This document shows, piece by piece, positions 1-9,365 of a stretch of 40,434 bases of DNA. The DNA is taken from the IMG/VR virus record IMGVR_UViG_3300020042_010429, positions 1 through 40,434 of that record. One strand, given 5' to 3'. This DNA comes from a virus. Its lineage: Duplodnaviria > Caudoviricetes. The notes under the pieces were generated by a model that was given only the letters and a program-made list of their open reading frames with translations, ran no database searches and was not told the origin of the DNA. Every line of letters begins with the position of its first letter. Positions within the stretch are counted from its first letter, which is position 1. Both the position numbers and the translations under genes were made by a program.

Positions 1-2
1 GT

Positions 3-863
3 AGTCCAACAGGTGCTGGTAACTATAATTTAGGTGACTTTGAAGATGGTAATGCTTATGCTACACCAAACTCATTAAGTAGCACTGTATCTCCAGCTAA
101 CATCGTTTTACCTGAGATCAACATTCAAATGCAATCTCAAGCAATCACTGCTAAAACTAAAAAATTAAAAGCAGTATGGACTCCTGAGTTCGCACAAGAT
201 TTGAATGCTTACCAAAACATCGATGCTGAAGCTGAATTAACTAACATGTTAAGTGAGTACATTTCAATGGAAATTGATTTAGAAATCTTAGATATGTTGA
301 TTGAAGATGCTGCTGCTGGAACAGAATATTGGTCAGCTATCAATAATGTTGTTGCAACTGCAACTACAGCTCCTGGTGCTGCTACTTTAGGTTTCTATAA
401 CACTCAAGGCCAATGGTTCCAAACTTTAGGTACTAAAATCCAAAAATTAAGCAACAAAATCCACCAATTAACTTTACGTGGAGGTGCTAATTTCATGGTA
501 ATCAGTCCTACAGTTGCTACAATCATTGAATCTATTCCTGGATTTGCTTCTAACTTCAACGGTGAAGCTGAGCAAATGGAATATGCTTTCGGTGTACAAA
601 AAGTAGGTACTTTCAATGGTCGTTTCAAAGTATACAAAAACCCGTACATGACTGAAAACACAATCTTATTAGGATTCCGTGGTACTCAGTTCTTAGAGGC
701 AGGTGCTGTATTTGCTCCTTACGTTCCATTGATCATGACTCCATTAGTATACGATCCACAAACCTTCACTCCAAGAAAAGGTATCATGACTCGTTACGCT
801 AAGAAGATGTTACGTCCAGAATTTTATGCGAAAGTTTATGTAAGTGGTTTAAACACTATCTAA
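3..863 (+). CDS. Major capsid protein (T4 gp23-like), 5'-truncated by the window edge
   Basis: The frame is open from position 3 (SPTGAGNY...EINIQ) into the listed ORF. It has gp23-type motifs 'AKTKKLKAVWTPEFAQDL', 'EIDLEI', 'FAPYVPL' and 'FTPRKGIMTRY', and is followed by a terminator. Confidence 0.93.
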   Translation, partial: SPTGAGNYNLGDFEDGNAYATPNSLSSTVSPANIVLPEINIQMQSQAITAKTKKLKAVWTPEFAQDLNAYQNIDAEAELTNMLSEYISMEIDLEILDMLIEDAAAGTEYWSAINNVVATATTAPGAATLGFYNTQGQWFQTLGTKIQKLSNKIHQLTLRGGANFMVISPTVATIIESIPGFASNFNGEAEQMEYAFGVQKVGTFNGRFKVYKNPYMTENTILLGFRGTQFLEAGAVFAPYVPLIMTPLVYDPQTFTPRKGIMTRYAKKMLRPEFYAKVYVSGLNTI

Positions 864-887
864 TATAACATAAGTATATCTTAAGAG

Positions 888-913
888 AAGAGCCGCATTT
901 TGCGGCTCTTTTT
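888..913 (+). terminator. Rho-independent terminator after the capsid gene
   Basis: AAGAGCCGCA-ttt-TGCGGCTCTT hairpin ending in a T-run, 25 nt after the stop. Confidence 0.85.
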
Positions 914-947
914 CATATTTATAATGGACCCGAAAATTCCGGACACT

Positions 948-1529
948 ATGAAGAGATGTAAAAAATGTAATCAAGAAAAACCATTAACTGAATTTTGGAA
1001 TAAAAAGAGTGAAATTGATGGAAAACACCGCTATTGTGTTATTTGTCAAAAACAAAGTGGAAAACAATATTACCACAACTCTGGACGAAAAGAATCAGAT
1101 TATTATAAGAAATATAGAGAAGAACATAAAGAATATTTTAACGAATATTGTCACAACCATTATCACACTAAAAAAGAACTATATAGAGTGTGGGAAAGAA
1201 ATAGATTACAAACTGACCCGTCTTTTAGAATTAAAAAATCTATAATGGCTTTATTATATTTCCATTTAAAGAAAAACAACGAATATAAAAACAAACATAC
1301 TATAGAATATCTAGGTTGCTCTATAGACGAATATAGAAAATACCTTGAACTAAAATTCAAACCAGAAATGTCATGGGACAATTACGGAGAATATTGGGAA
1401 ATAGATCATATAAAACCTATAGCTTCTTTTGATTTAAGTATTGAAGAAAATTTATACATTTGTTTTCATTATCTTAATACACAACCCCTAGAAAAAAACC
1501 AAAATAGAGAAAAAAGTGATAAAATTTAG
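948..1529 (+). CDS. Free-standing HNH endonuclease with N-terminal CxxC zinc ribbon (probable homing endonuclease)
   Basis: N-terminal CKKC...CVIC and C-terminal 'WEIDHIKP...FHYLNTQPL...NREKS' HNH motif. Start placed at ATG 948; ATG 924 is the alternative, while TTG 900 lies inside the terminator. Confidence 0.8.
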   Translation: MKRCKKCNQEKPLTEFWNKKSEIDGKHRYCVICQKQSGKQYYHNSGRKESDYYKKYREEHKEYFNEYCHNHYHTKKELYRVWERNRLQTDPSFRIKKSIMALLYFHLKKNNEYKNKHTIEYLGCSIDEYRKYLELKFKPEMSWDNYGEYWEIDHIKPIASFDLSIEENLYICFHYLNTQPLEKNQNREKSDKI

Positions 1530-1534
1530 TGTAC

Positions 1535-1560
1535 TGGTATAGGCCTATACCATATGTATA
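1535..1560 (+). promoter_or_regulatory. 18-bp perfect palindrome abutting a late-type promoter motif
   Basis: TGGTATAGGCCTATACCA (1535-1552) is self-complementary and runs into ATATGTATA (1552-1560), about 25 nt before ATG 1585. Confidence 0.55.
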
Positions 1561-1584
1561 CTAGAATAATAAATTAGTTATAAT

Positions 1585-2499
1585 ATGAAAGAAACCCCAA
1601 GTCAGTTACATCAACAAAGTTATTTGATGAATTTTCCGTTTTCCTTATCAACAGCGGACCCCAACAACATCTGGATGCAAGAATTAACAGATGATGAATT
1701 AGCAATCAATAGACCTAAAGCATACAAGCAATTTATGGATTTGTATAACTTTATGGCTGGTCAATCATTAGTACACTTATTACCCTCTGAAGGTAATTTC
1801 CAAGATCAAGTATATGTAGCTAATTTAGGTTTACAGCTTCCACACATTACAGATTCAAATAAAATTTTATTATCTAATTATACATCAGATCCTCGTAAAG
1901 GTGAAGAGTTAGTAGGTGAAAAATTCTTTAAAATGATGGGTTATGATACTCACATCTCTCCACACAAATGGGAAGGTGAAGCAGATATTAAATATCTATA
2001 TGACAATGTTTATATTGGTGGTTATGGTATTCGTTCAAACATTAAAGCGTATGAATGGATGGAAAAAGAATTTAATATGGATATTATTAAATTAGCAATG
2101 ACTGATGAATATATGTATCATTTAGATTGCTCTATATTTCCATTAAATGGTGATAAAACCTTAGTTTGCACGGAATTATATGACCCAGAAGAAATCAAAT
2201 ATTTAGAAAAATATACTGAAATTATAGACGTTGATGTTGATGATGCATTAGGAGGAATGACAAACTCAGTAAGAATGGGTAATATGGTTTTATGTGCTTC
2301 TAATATTTCTGAACTTAAAAAATCTCATGAATATTATGAAGGTGAAAAACATAAAATTGCTTCTTTAGAAAAAATATGTGCTAATGAAGGAATGGAACCT
2401 GTAATATTTAACCTATCAGAATATATGAAATCAGGAGCTATGCTTTCTTGTATGGTGATGCATTTAAATAGAGTTGATCATAGTAAAACTTTATTATAA
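1585..2499 (+). CDS. Pentein-superfamily amidinotransferase/amidinohydrolase (arginine dihydrolase/DDAH/deiminase-like)
   Basis: Motifs NNIWM, 'DQVYVAN', 'R.GE', 'EGEAD', 'GYGIRS', 'YHLD' and C-terminal 'SEYMKSGAMLSC' with the catalytic Cys. Confidence 0.85.
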   Translation: MKETPSQLHQQSYLMNFPFSLSTADPNNIWMQELTDDELAINRPKAYKQFMDLYNFMAGQSLVHLLPSEGNFQDQVYVANLGLQLPHITDSNKILLSNYTSDPRKGEELVGEKFFKMMGYDTHISPHKWEGEADIKYLYDNVYIGGYGIRSNIKAYEWMEKEFNMDIIKLAMTDEYMYHLDCSIFPLNGDKTLVCTELYDPEEIKYLEKYTEIIDVDVDDALGGMTNSVRMGNMVLCASNISELKKSHEYYEGEKHKIASLEKICANEGMEPVIFNLSEYMKSGAMLSCMVMHLNRVDHSKTLL

Positions 2500-3215
2500 T
2501 GGCCCAAACATTAACTGAATGGTTAAATGGAGAAGTAAAAGAATTATCTAAACTTCCTGTAGGTGAATTAAGTAATACCTTTTTCTTTAGAGATCCAATC
2601 CGACCAAACTATATTGACTCTGAACATTTTTATAGCCCAGCTGATGGAACTATTATATATCAAAAGGTTGTTCAACCTGATGAAGCCGTTGTAGAAATTA
2701 AAGGTATTAATTACACCTTAAAAGATGTAATGGGAGATGATGAATACAATAAACCATCCCTAGTAATTGGTATATTTATGTCTTTTTATGATGTTCATAT
2801 TAATAGAATACCTTATGGAGGTGTTCTTACTTACAAACATTTAGAACCTATTGAATCTACAAATAGACCAATGTTAGCTGTTGAAAAAGATATTTTAAAT
2901 AAAGTAATTAATCCTAATAATATGGAATATTTAAAATATAATGAAAGAATGTTTAATCAAATATATGTTCCTTCTTTAGATTACACATATTATCTAATTC
3001 AAATTGCGGATGAAGATGTAAACGTAATTGCTCCTTTTAAAAAACAACAAGATCTTTGTATTCAGAATGAAAGATTTAGTTTAATTAGATGGGGATCTCA
3101 AGTAGATTTAGTTTTACCTTTAGACGAAAGATATAATTTTGAAACAATATTGGAGGATGCAATGCATGTAAATGCAGGACTTGATAAATTAGTCCGTCTT
3201 TCTGAAAGATTATAA
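2499..3215 (+). CDS. psd: Phosphatidylserine-decarboxylase-fold pyruvoyl enzyme without a membrane anchor; substrate uncertain
   Basis: FFRDP, SPADG, 'FMSFYDVHINR', NER and QIA motifs plus the self-cleavage motif 'RWGSQVD'. TAATG overlap with the upstream gene. Confidence 0.8.
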   Translation: MAQTLTEWLNGEVKELSKLPVGELSNTFFFRDPIRPNYIDSEHFYSPADGTIIYQKVVQPDEAVVEIKGINYTLKDVMGDDEYNKPSLVIGIFMSFYDVHINRIPYGGVLTYKHLEPIESTNRPMLAVEKDILNKVINPNNMEYLKYNERMFNQIYVPSLDYTYYLIQIADEDVNVIAPFKKQQDLCIQNERFSLIRWGSQVDLVLPLDERYNFETILEDAMHVNAGLDKLVRLSERL

Positions 3216-3241
3216 TATTTTACTATCCTAATTATAAAAAA

Positions 3242-3976
3242 ATGACCTCAAACCACCATAACGACGAAATATTTAGAGAAAAGAAAATAGTAAAAAATCC
3301 TATTAAATTCAAAATTCCTCTAAATGAAGAACAAAAACAAGCAAAAGATGAAATTTTAAAAAACACATTAACAATTTTAGCAGGTAGAGCAGGTAGTGGT
3401 AAAACATTATTAGCTTGTCAAGTTGCTTTAGATGGTTTATTAAGACGACATTTTACTAAAATTATAATTACACGACCAACAGTATCAAAAGAAGAAATTG
3501 GTTTCCTCCCCGGAGATTTAAGAGAAAAAATGGACCCCTGGATTCAACCAATTTATCAAAATATGTATGCTCTTTATGACAAAGAAAAAGTAGAAGCTCT
3601 TATTAATGATGGTAAAATAGAAATTGTTCCTTTAGCATTTATGAGAGGAAGAACATTTTTAGATTCATGTATTATTGTTGATGAAGCACAAAATGTTACC
3701 CATGAACAAATGGAAATGATTGCTACTCGTATTGGTTTGCGTTCAAAAATGATAGTATGTGGGGATGATTACCAAGTAGATTTAAAATCAAGACGGGATT
3801 CCGGATTTAGATTCTTATATACAGCAGGACGTAAAATTAAAAATATGTGTTCTATTACTTTAATTAAAAACCATAGAGATCCAATTGTAGATGATTTAAT
3901 TACACTATATGAAGAAGCAAATGAAAATGGGATTACAACAAATTCATTAGGAACAAACGGAAAGTTAAAAAAATAG
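3242..3976 (+). CDS. phoH: PhoH-family ATPase
   Basis: GRAGSGKT, 'IIITRP', 'GFLPGDLREKMDPW', 'FMRGRTF', 'DEAQN', 'GD..Q.D'. Confidence 0.95.
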   Translation: MTSNHHNDEIFREKKIVKNPIKFKIPLNEEQKQAKDEILKNTLTILAGRAGSGKTLLACQVALDGLLRRHFTKIIITRPTVSKEEIGFLPGDLREKMDPWIQPIYQNMYALYDKEKVEALINDGKIEIVPLAFMRGRTFLDSCIIVDEAQNVTHEQMEMIATRIGLRSKMIVCGDDYQVDLKSRRDSGFRFLYTAGRKIKNMCSITLIKNHRDPIVDDLITLYEEANENGITTNSLGTNGKLKK

Positions 3977-4015
3977 GAATGAGCCATAGCTTTTTAATAT
4001 TTATTAATAAAAAGC

Positions 4016-4438
4016 ATGGCAACTTTCACCTCACAAATATTTGAGATATTAACACTGAATGGGGATAACGTAGGATCTTCGGTAACTCAAACAATTAACA
4101 ATGTTAATTATGTTGATAATAGAATTTTAAGTGTACCTACAGGATCTGTTACAACATTATTTTCCATGGATTCAATTCCTGGTGCTGGTACTTTTGTAAC
4201 AAGTAGTATCCAATACGTTAGAGTAACTAATAATTCAACAGTTACCCCTGTTAAATTAATTGTATCTTCTTCTACAGAAGCTATGAGTTATTTAATTGCT
4301 ACTGGAAGCTCATATATGATTTCTACTAGTAAAATGACTGGTAGTACAAGTGGGTTAACTTTTAATGATATTCAATCAGTTAAAGTACAACCTTCAAGTA
4401 GTGCAGCAAGTATAGAGTATTACATTGTAACAACTTAA
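4016..4438 (+). CDS. Hypothetical Ser/Thr-rich beta-strand protein, probably virion structural
   Basis: Composition, position ahead of the neck genes, and a late-type motif at 3997-4005. Confidence 0.55.
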   Translation: MATFTSQIFEILTLNGDNVGSSVTQTINNVNYVDNRILSVPTGSVTTLFSMDSIPGAGTFVTSSIQYVRVTNNSTVTPVKLIVSSSTEAMSYLIATGSSYMISTSKMTGSTSGLTFNDIQSVKVQPSSSAASIEYYIVTT

Positions 4439-4447
4439 TAAAAAAAT

Positions 4448-5674
4448 ATGGCAAACATTCCTATTTGGCCTGGTTCATCTTCATTTGCTCAAGTATCAGC
4501 ATCTTATTATGGCACACCTAGTGTATGGCCACCACCAACTCCCTTTGGATTTTATGATACTGATAGTCAGTTCCAAACTGATGCTAATAAAGTTGCTAAC
4601 TTTTGTGCATTACGTTTAGGATATCCTATTGAAAATGTAGAATTACAAGATATTAATTTTTGGTCTGGGTTTGAAGAAGCAGTAACTATTTATGGAAATG
4701 AATTATATGCTTTTCAAACTCGAGATAATTATTTATCCTTAGAAGGAGCTTCAACATCAACCGATGTTAATAATGATATAATAACACCTACATTTTCTAC
4801 TATTGTTAGATTATCTCAACAATATGGTGAAGAAGCAGGAACTGGAGGTAATGTAACTTGGTTTAAAGGACAATTACCCCTCCAATATGGAATACAAGAT
4901 TACGATTTAGCACAATGGGCTTTAGATAATGGTATTGAAGGTGGTATAGAAATAAAAAATGTATTTTATCAACCACCACCCGCAATTAATCAATTATTTT
5001 CTCCTACTTTAATGGCTGGACAAGGTGGTTTAGGAGGTGTTCTTCCTGCTGGTTTGTATGGTGGTGCTGGTTATTCAAATTATTTGATGATGCCTACAAG
5101 TTTTACTATACAAAATATTCAAGCAATTGAAATGCAAAACACAGTAACACTTTCAAATTATTCATTTAACATTGTAAACAATATAATTACAGTATTCCCA
5201 ATCCCGGGAACTGGAGATTTTTCATTTGGAGAAGATGATGGTGGAGGTTTAGGATATGGACATTATTTAATATTTGACTTTATTAAAATCCAAGATAGAA
5301 TAAATTCATCTTTTTCTGATGGAACTAATAAAATTTCAAATACATCAAATGTTCCTTATGCAAACCCAACATATTCTAAAATTAATTCTATTGGTAGATC
5401 TTGGGTTTTTGAATATACCTTAGCTAAAGCAAAAGAAGTATTAGGACTAGTTAGAAATAAATATTCTTCAATCCCAATCCCAGGAGCTGAAGTAACTTTA
5501 AATGGTAATGAGTTAGTATCAGCGGCAGCAACTGAAAAAGAAGCATTAATTACACGATTAAGAGAATATTTTGATCAAACTTCTCGTCAATCATTACTTG
5601 AAAGAAGAGCAGCAGAATCTGTAGCTCGTGTTACTGAAATTAACCAAGTCCCCATGACAATTTTTATAGGATAA
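4448..5674 (+). CDS. Neck/head-tail adaptor protein (T4 gp13-like)
   Basis: 'RLGYPIENVEL' at the N-terminus, 'YTLAKAKEVLG..R.KY..IPIPG.EVTLNG' and terminal 'P...FIG'; synteny. Confidence 0.8.
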   Translation: MANIPIWPGSSSFAQVSASYYGTPSVWPPPTPFGFYDTDSQFQTDANKVANFCALRLGYPIENVELQDINFWSGFEEAVTIYGNELYAFQTRDNYLSLEGASTSTDVNNDIITPTFSTIVRLSQQYGEEAGTGGNVTWFKGQLPLQYGIQDYDLAQWALDNGIEGGIEIKNVFYQPPPAINQLFSPTLMAGQGGLGGVLPAGLYGGAGYSNYLMMPTSFTIQNIQAIEMQNTVTLSNYSFNIVNNIITVFPIPGTGDFSFGEDDGGGLGYGHYLIFDFIKIQDRINSSFSDGTNKISNTSNVPYANPTYSKINSIGRSWVFEYTLAKAKEVLGLVRNKYSSIPIPGAEVTLNGNELVSAAATEKEALITRLREYFDQTSRQSLLERRAAESVARVTEINQVPMTIFIG

Positions 5675-5675
5675 A

Positions 5676-6272
5676 ATGGCATTATACGGTGGATCAAGAG
5701 ATGTAAGTATGTTCCGAAGAGTCAACCGAGAGTTGATGGGAAATATTATATCTCAAGAAGTTATTTACTATAAATATAAAATAGGTGAAACTAAAACAAA
5801 TATGTATGGTGAATCTTCTGAAGGAAGAACATTTGCTGATCCTGTTATGTTATTTGCTTTAGTAGAGGTAGCAGGTTCTTCTGAATCCTCTCCGGTAAGT
5901 GATTTAGGAGTAGATTTTAATTGGCCCTTAGTTATTAGATTTTTACGTGATGATTTATTAAGTAAACTTAATCCTGCAAACCAAGGACAAGGATTTGGAA
6001 CATTTCAACAAACTCCAAATATTACATATGGTGCTGAAATTCACCCTGAAGTAGGAGATATTATCCAATACCAAAATGGTTATTGGGAAGTAGATAACAC
6101 AAATACAACCCAATTAACAACAGGCAAAAACCCAGAATTCCCATATTATGATAGTGCTGGAAATAACCCATTAAACCCAGGATTAGAAAAATTTGGATGG
6201 AGCGTAGAAGTAAGATGTGATTGTCATTATGTACCATCAGATCGAGTAAATATAATTTTATCTAGAATGTAA
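5676..6272 (+). CDS. Neck/head-closure protein (T4 gp14-like)
   Basis: 'N.YGE' and 'PEVGDII.....YWEV' motifs; directly after the gp13-like gene. Confidence 0.7.
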   Translation: MALYGGSRDVSMFRRVNRELMGNIISQEVIYYKYKIGETKTNMYGESSEGRTFADPVMLFALVEVAGSSESSPVSDLGVDFNWPLVIRFLRDDLLSKLNPANQGQGFGTFQQTPNITYGAEIHPEVGDIIQYQNGYWEVDNTNTTQLTTGKNPEFPYYDSAGNNPLNPGLEKFGWSVEVRCDCHYVPSDRVNIILSRM

Positions 6273-7255
6273 TGGCTACTAACAGATTAAATAAACCAAC
6301 CCCTAAGACACAACGAGAAATAAGCGTTGAACAGCATATTTCAACGTATGTACCCGCGGGTAATCCAAATTATGCCGACCCAAATGCCTCTGGTGTTAAT
6401 CGCGCATTACAAACATCATTTAAAAATGATACTACAAAACCTTTTAGTATTGGTATCAAAGATATTGATGAAGCTGTGTTTTATTATTTTGAAAATGTAA
6501 TTAAACCTTCCGTTTATCAAAACGGAGAACGTTTACCTGTACCTGTTGTTTATGGTTCTCAAGAAAAATGGAAATCATTTCAAAAAGATGGGTATTATAG
6601 AGATCAAAAAGGAAAAATAATGGCTCCTTTAATTATGTTTAAACGTGATTCCATTACTAAAAACAGAAGTATAGGAAATAAATTAGATGCTAATAATCCT
6701 CACAACTATAGTATATCTCAGAAAACATATGACCCTAGAAATTCATACGATAATTTTAAAGTATTAAATAATAGAATCCCAGAAAAACAATATTATGCTA
6801 CTGTAATCCCGGATTATGTTACTATAGAATACACATGCCTTGTATTTACATATTACGTAGAACAGCTAAATAAAATAATAGAATCAATAGGATACGCATC
6901 TGATGCTTATTGGGGAGACCCGGAACGCTTTAAATTTAAAGCAATGATTGATTCATTTGTTTTTCAAACAGAATTAGTAGACAATGATGAACGCATTGTT
7001 CGAAGTACTTTTAATATAAAATTAAATGGATATATTGTTCCGGAGATTCTACAAAAAGATATAAATTCTCTTAAAAAATTCTCAGATAAAACAAAACTTA
7101 TATTTTCACTAGAAGCTTCTTCACTTGATTCCTTATATAATGGTCAAGATACAGGTGATGGATCTATAACAACCCCAGAAACTTTAAAATCTTTAGAAAG
7201 AAAAAATAAAGTTAATTTTAATAATCCTAATAACCCTGTTTCTTATATAGAATAA
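6272..7255 (+). CDS. Tail terminator / sheath completion protein (T4 gp15-like)
   Basis: 'VPVVYGSQEKW', 'PDYVTIEY' and 'QLNKIIE'; synteny after gp13/gp14. Confidence 0.7.
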   Translation: MATNRLNKPTPKTQREISVEQHISTYVPAGNPNYADPNASGVNRALQTSFKNDTTKPFSIGIKDIDEAVFYYFENVIKPSVYQNGERLPVPVVYGSQEKWKSFQKDGYYRDQKGKIMAPLIMFKRDSITKNRSIGNKLDANNPHNYSISQKTYDPRNSYDNFKVLNNRIPEKQYYATVIPDYVTIEYTCLVFTYYVEQLNKIIESIGYASDAYWGDPERFKFKAMIDSFVFQTELVDNDERIVRSTFNIKLNGYIVPEILQKDINSLKKFSDKTKLIFSLEASSLDSLYNGQDTGDGSITTPETLKSLERKNKVNFNNPNNPVSYIE

Positions 7256-7296
7256 TATAATATTTTATCATATTTATATAAGATAATTATTAACTA

Positions 7297-8403
7297 ATGG
7301 CTCAAGCAAGATTTTTAGATCAAGTTCCAATAGGTGCATACCAATCTCAAAACGATACCTCTTTACAAGGTGGTACCCCAAATTATATTGCGATTTGGAA
7401 TACAGCAACTACTTTATCAAGCAGTATACTTTACCAAACATCAAGTAACGTAGGTATAGGAACTACAACTCCTACACAAAAATTAGATGTAAATGGAAAT
7501 GTACTTATAACTGGATCATTCAATCAAGCATCTGCATCTTTAGCATCTGGATTATTTTCCCATGCTCAAGGATTTAGAGTAACGGCTTCCGGAGATTATT
7601 CACACGCAGAAGGTTATGCGGCAATATCAAAAGGAGATTGGTCACACGCCGAAGGTCTTAGTACAATAGCATCTGGATCCTATTCACACGCAGAAGGACG
7701 AGATACAATAGCATTAGGACAATATTCTCATGCAGAAGGTTATACTACAACGGCATCCGGAGACTACTCACACGCAGAAGGAAGAAATACATCTGCAAGT
7801 GGATATTATTCACACGCAGAAGGTTATGCTACAACGGCCTCTCAAGACTACTCACACGCAGAAGGCTTTAACACAGTAGCATTAGGATTATACCAACACG
7901 TACAAGGCCAATACAACCGCTCCTCCTCAGCACAAAGTGCTTTTATAGTAGGTAATGGTACAGCAGACGGTTCAAGATCAAACTTAATCTTTGCTTCAGG
8001 ATCACAAGTACAAATTACAGGATCGGCTCAAATTACAGGCTCACTTATCATACAAGGTAATTCACAAGTATCTGGATCTTTAAGAGGACAAGTAACTGCA
8101 CTTTCAATTGCCTCAACTACTGCATCCCTTGATATGTCAACAAACAACTTCTTTACTTTAACACTAGTAAACGGAGCAAATACTAATATTAATCCAACAA
8201 ACATAAACCCGGGACAAACAGTAAATATTCGTGTAACACAAGGTTCAGCAGGTACAGGAACAGTAAGTTTTCCATTAATAGTAAAACAATCATCAGGTTC
8301 TTTATATACAGGATCTGCGGTAGCAAATGCTGTTGATATTGTTACAATGATTACATTTGATGCTTCAACAGTTTATGTAAGTTCTATAAGAAACTTAGTT
8401 TAA
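7297..8403 (+). CDS. Tail fibre/adhesin with YadA-head-like 14-aa SHAEG repeats
   Basis: 'NVGIGTTTPTQKLDVNGN' segment, nine 14-residue repeats and a C-terminal beta-rich domain. Confidence 0.7.
   Translation: MAQARFLDQVPIGAYQSQNDTSLQGGTPNYIAIWNTATTLSSSILYQTSSNVGIGTTTPTQKLDVNGNVLITGSFNQASASLASGLFSHAQGFRVTASGDYSHAEGYAAISKGDWSHAEGLSTIASGSYSHAEGRDTIALGQYSHAEGYTTTASGDYSHAEGRNTSASGYYSHAEGYATTASQDYSHAEGFNTVALGLYQHVQGQYNRSSSAQSAFIVGNGTADGSRSNLIFASGSQVQITGSAQITGSLIIQGNSQVSGSLRGQVTALSIASTTASLDMSTNNFFTLTLVNGANTNINPTNINPGQTVNIRVTQGSAGTGTVSFPLIVKQSSGSLYTGSAVANAVDIVTMITFDASTVYVSSIRNLV
7543..7920 (+). repeat. Nine tandem 42-bp coding repeats (A.G.YSHAEG....)
   Basis: Recurring tc(a/t)ca(c/t)gc(a/c)gaagg at a 42-bp period: SHAQG, 7x SHAEG, QHVQG. 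Confidence 0.9.
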
Positions 8404-8404
8404 T

Positions 8405-9244
8405 ATGTTTACTCCATTTGCCTTTATACAGATACCTAAAGTAGAATCAATTCCTCCAATCCCCCCAGTTGATCCAGACGCACAAGCATTTATTACCGCA
8501 GCAGACATAACAAATCCAACCGAACAAACTGCAATTAACACATTAGTTCTTGATTTAAAATCATTTAATATTTGGTCTAAATACTCAGTAATTTATCCAT
8601 TTGTTGGTGGAAGTAAAAAGCCTTGTAGTTTTAACTTGAAAGACCCAAATAGTTTCAAAATAGGTTTCAGTCAAGGTTGGACTTTTAACCAAAATGGAAT
8701 TACCTCAAATGGGGAATGTTATGGAGATACTGGATTTTCACCATATAACGATTTCAATTCAGACACAAATTATCAATATTCAATATATTCAAGAACTCAA
8801 GGTGATTCAAACGATTTCCATACTCTTGATATGACATCATGTGATGAATATGGGTATACTGCGGCTATACATAATTTATTTATACGTACTTCAGGACAAC
8901 TCCAATTTTATGATGTTTATGGAGGATATATCTCCCGAACTTATACAAATAAGAATGGTAATGGTTTATACACCATATCAAGAACAAACTCACAAACTTA
9001 TGTTGCGTATAGAAATGGAATAGAGATGGATGTGAAGGGACTTACAGCAATTTCCCCTGGTTCACGACCATTAAGTACTGTTGTAATTACCGGTCTAAAT
9101 GACCCTTGTGAGGGTATATCTCCCTTAGCAACCATTAAAAATTACGCATTTTGGGCTATGGGTGACGGATTAACTTCAATTGAATCATCTAATTTATACA
9201 CTGCAGTACAAGCATTTCAAACAACATTAGGTAGAGCAGTATAA
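8405..9244 (+). CDS. Putative tail/virion accessory protein, lectin-like beta-sandwich
   Basis: 'DPDAQAFITAA...AINTLV.DLK...IW' N-terminus and 'LYTAVQAFQT.LGR' C-terminus; follows the fibre gene by 1 nt. Confidence 0.55.
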   Translation: MFTPFAFIQIPKVESIPPIPPVDPDAQAFITAADITNPTEQTAINTLVLDLKSFNIWSKYSVIYPFVGGSKKPCSFNLKDPNSFKIGFSQGWTFNQNGITSNGECYGDTGFSPYNDFNSDTNYQYSIYSRTQGDSNDFHTLDMTSCDEYGYTAAIHNLFIRTSGQLQFYDVYGGYISRTYTNKNGNGLYTISRTNSQTYVAYRNGIEMDVKGLTAISPGSRPLSTVVITGLNDPCEGISPLATIKNYAFWAMGDGLTSIESSNLYTAVQAFQTTLGRAV

Positions 9245-9365
9245 GATATTGTTGTATGTTGTTAACAACCCGTATATACCGATAATGTTATAAATTAAAA
9301 ATTTATAGGTTAATGAATTTATTAACTCCTACTAAATCTTAATAAAGTTCTTAATATTTATTAAC

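Noticed and set aside
900-947. Extended N-terminus of the HNH ORF (TTG 900)
   Set aside because: It lies within the terminator hairpin and promoter motif; ATG 948 (or 924) is more plausible.
7543-7920. 42-bp periodic repeats as a possible CRISPR array or DGR template/variable repeat
   Set aside because: They are in-frame coding repeats with synonymous variation. There is no repeat-spacer structure, no adenine-specific variation, and no cas or reverse transcriptase gene in the window.
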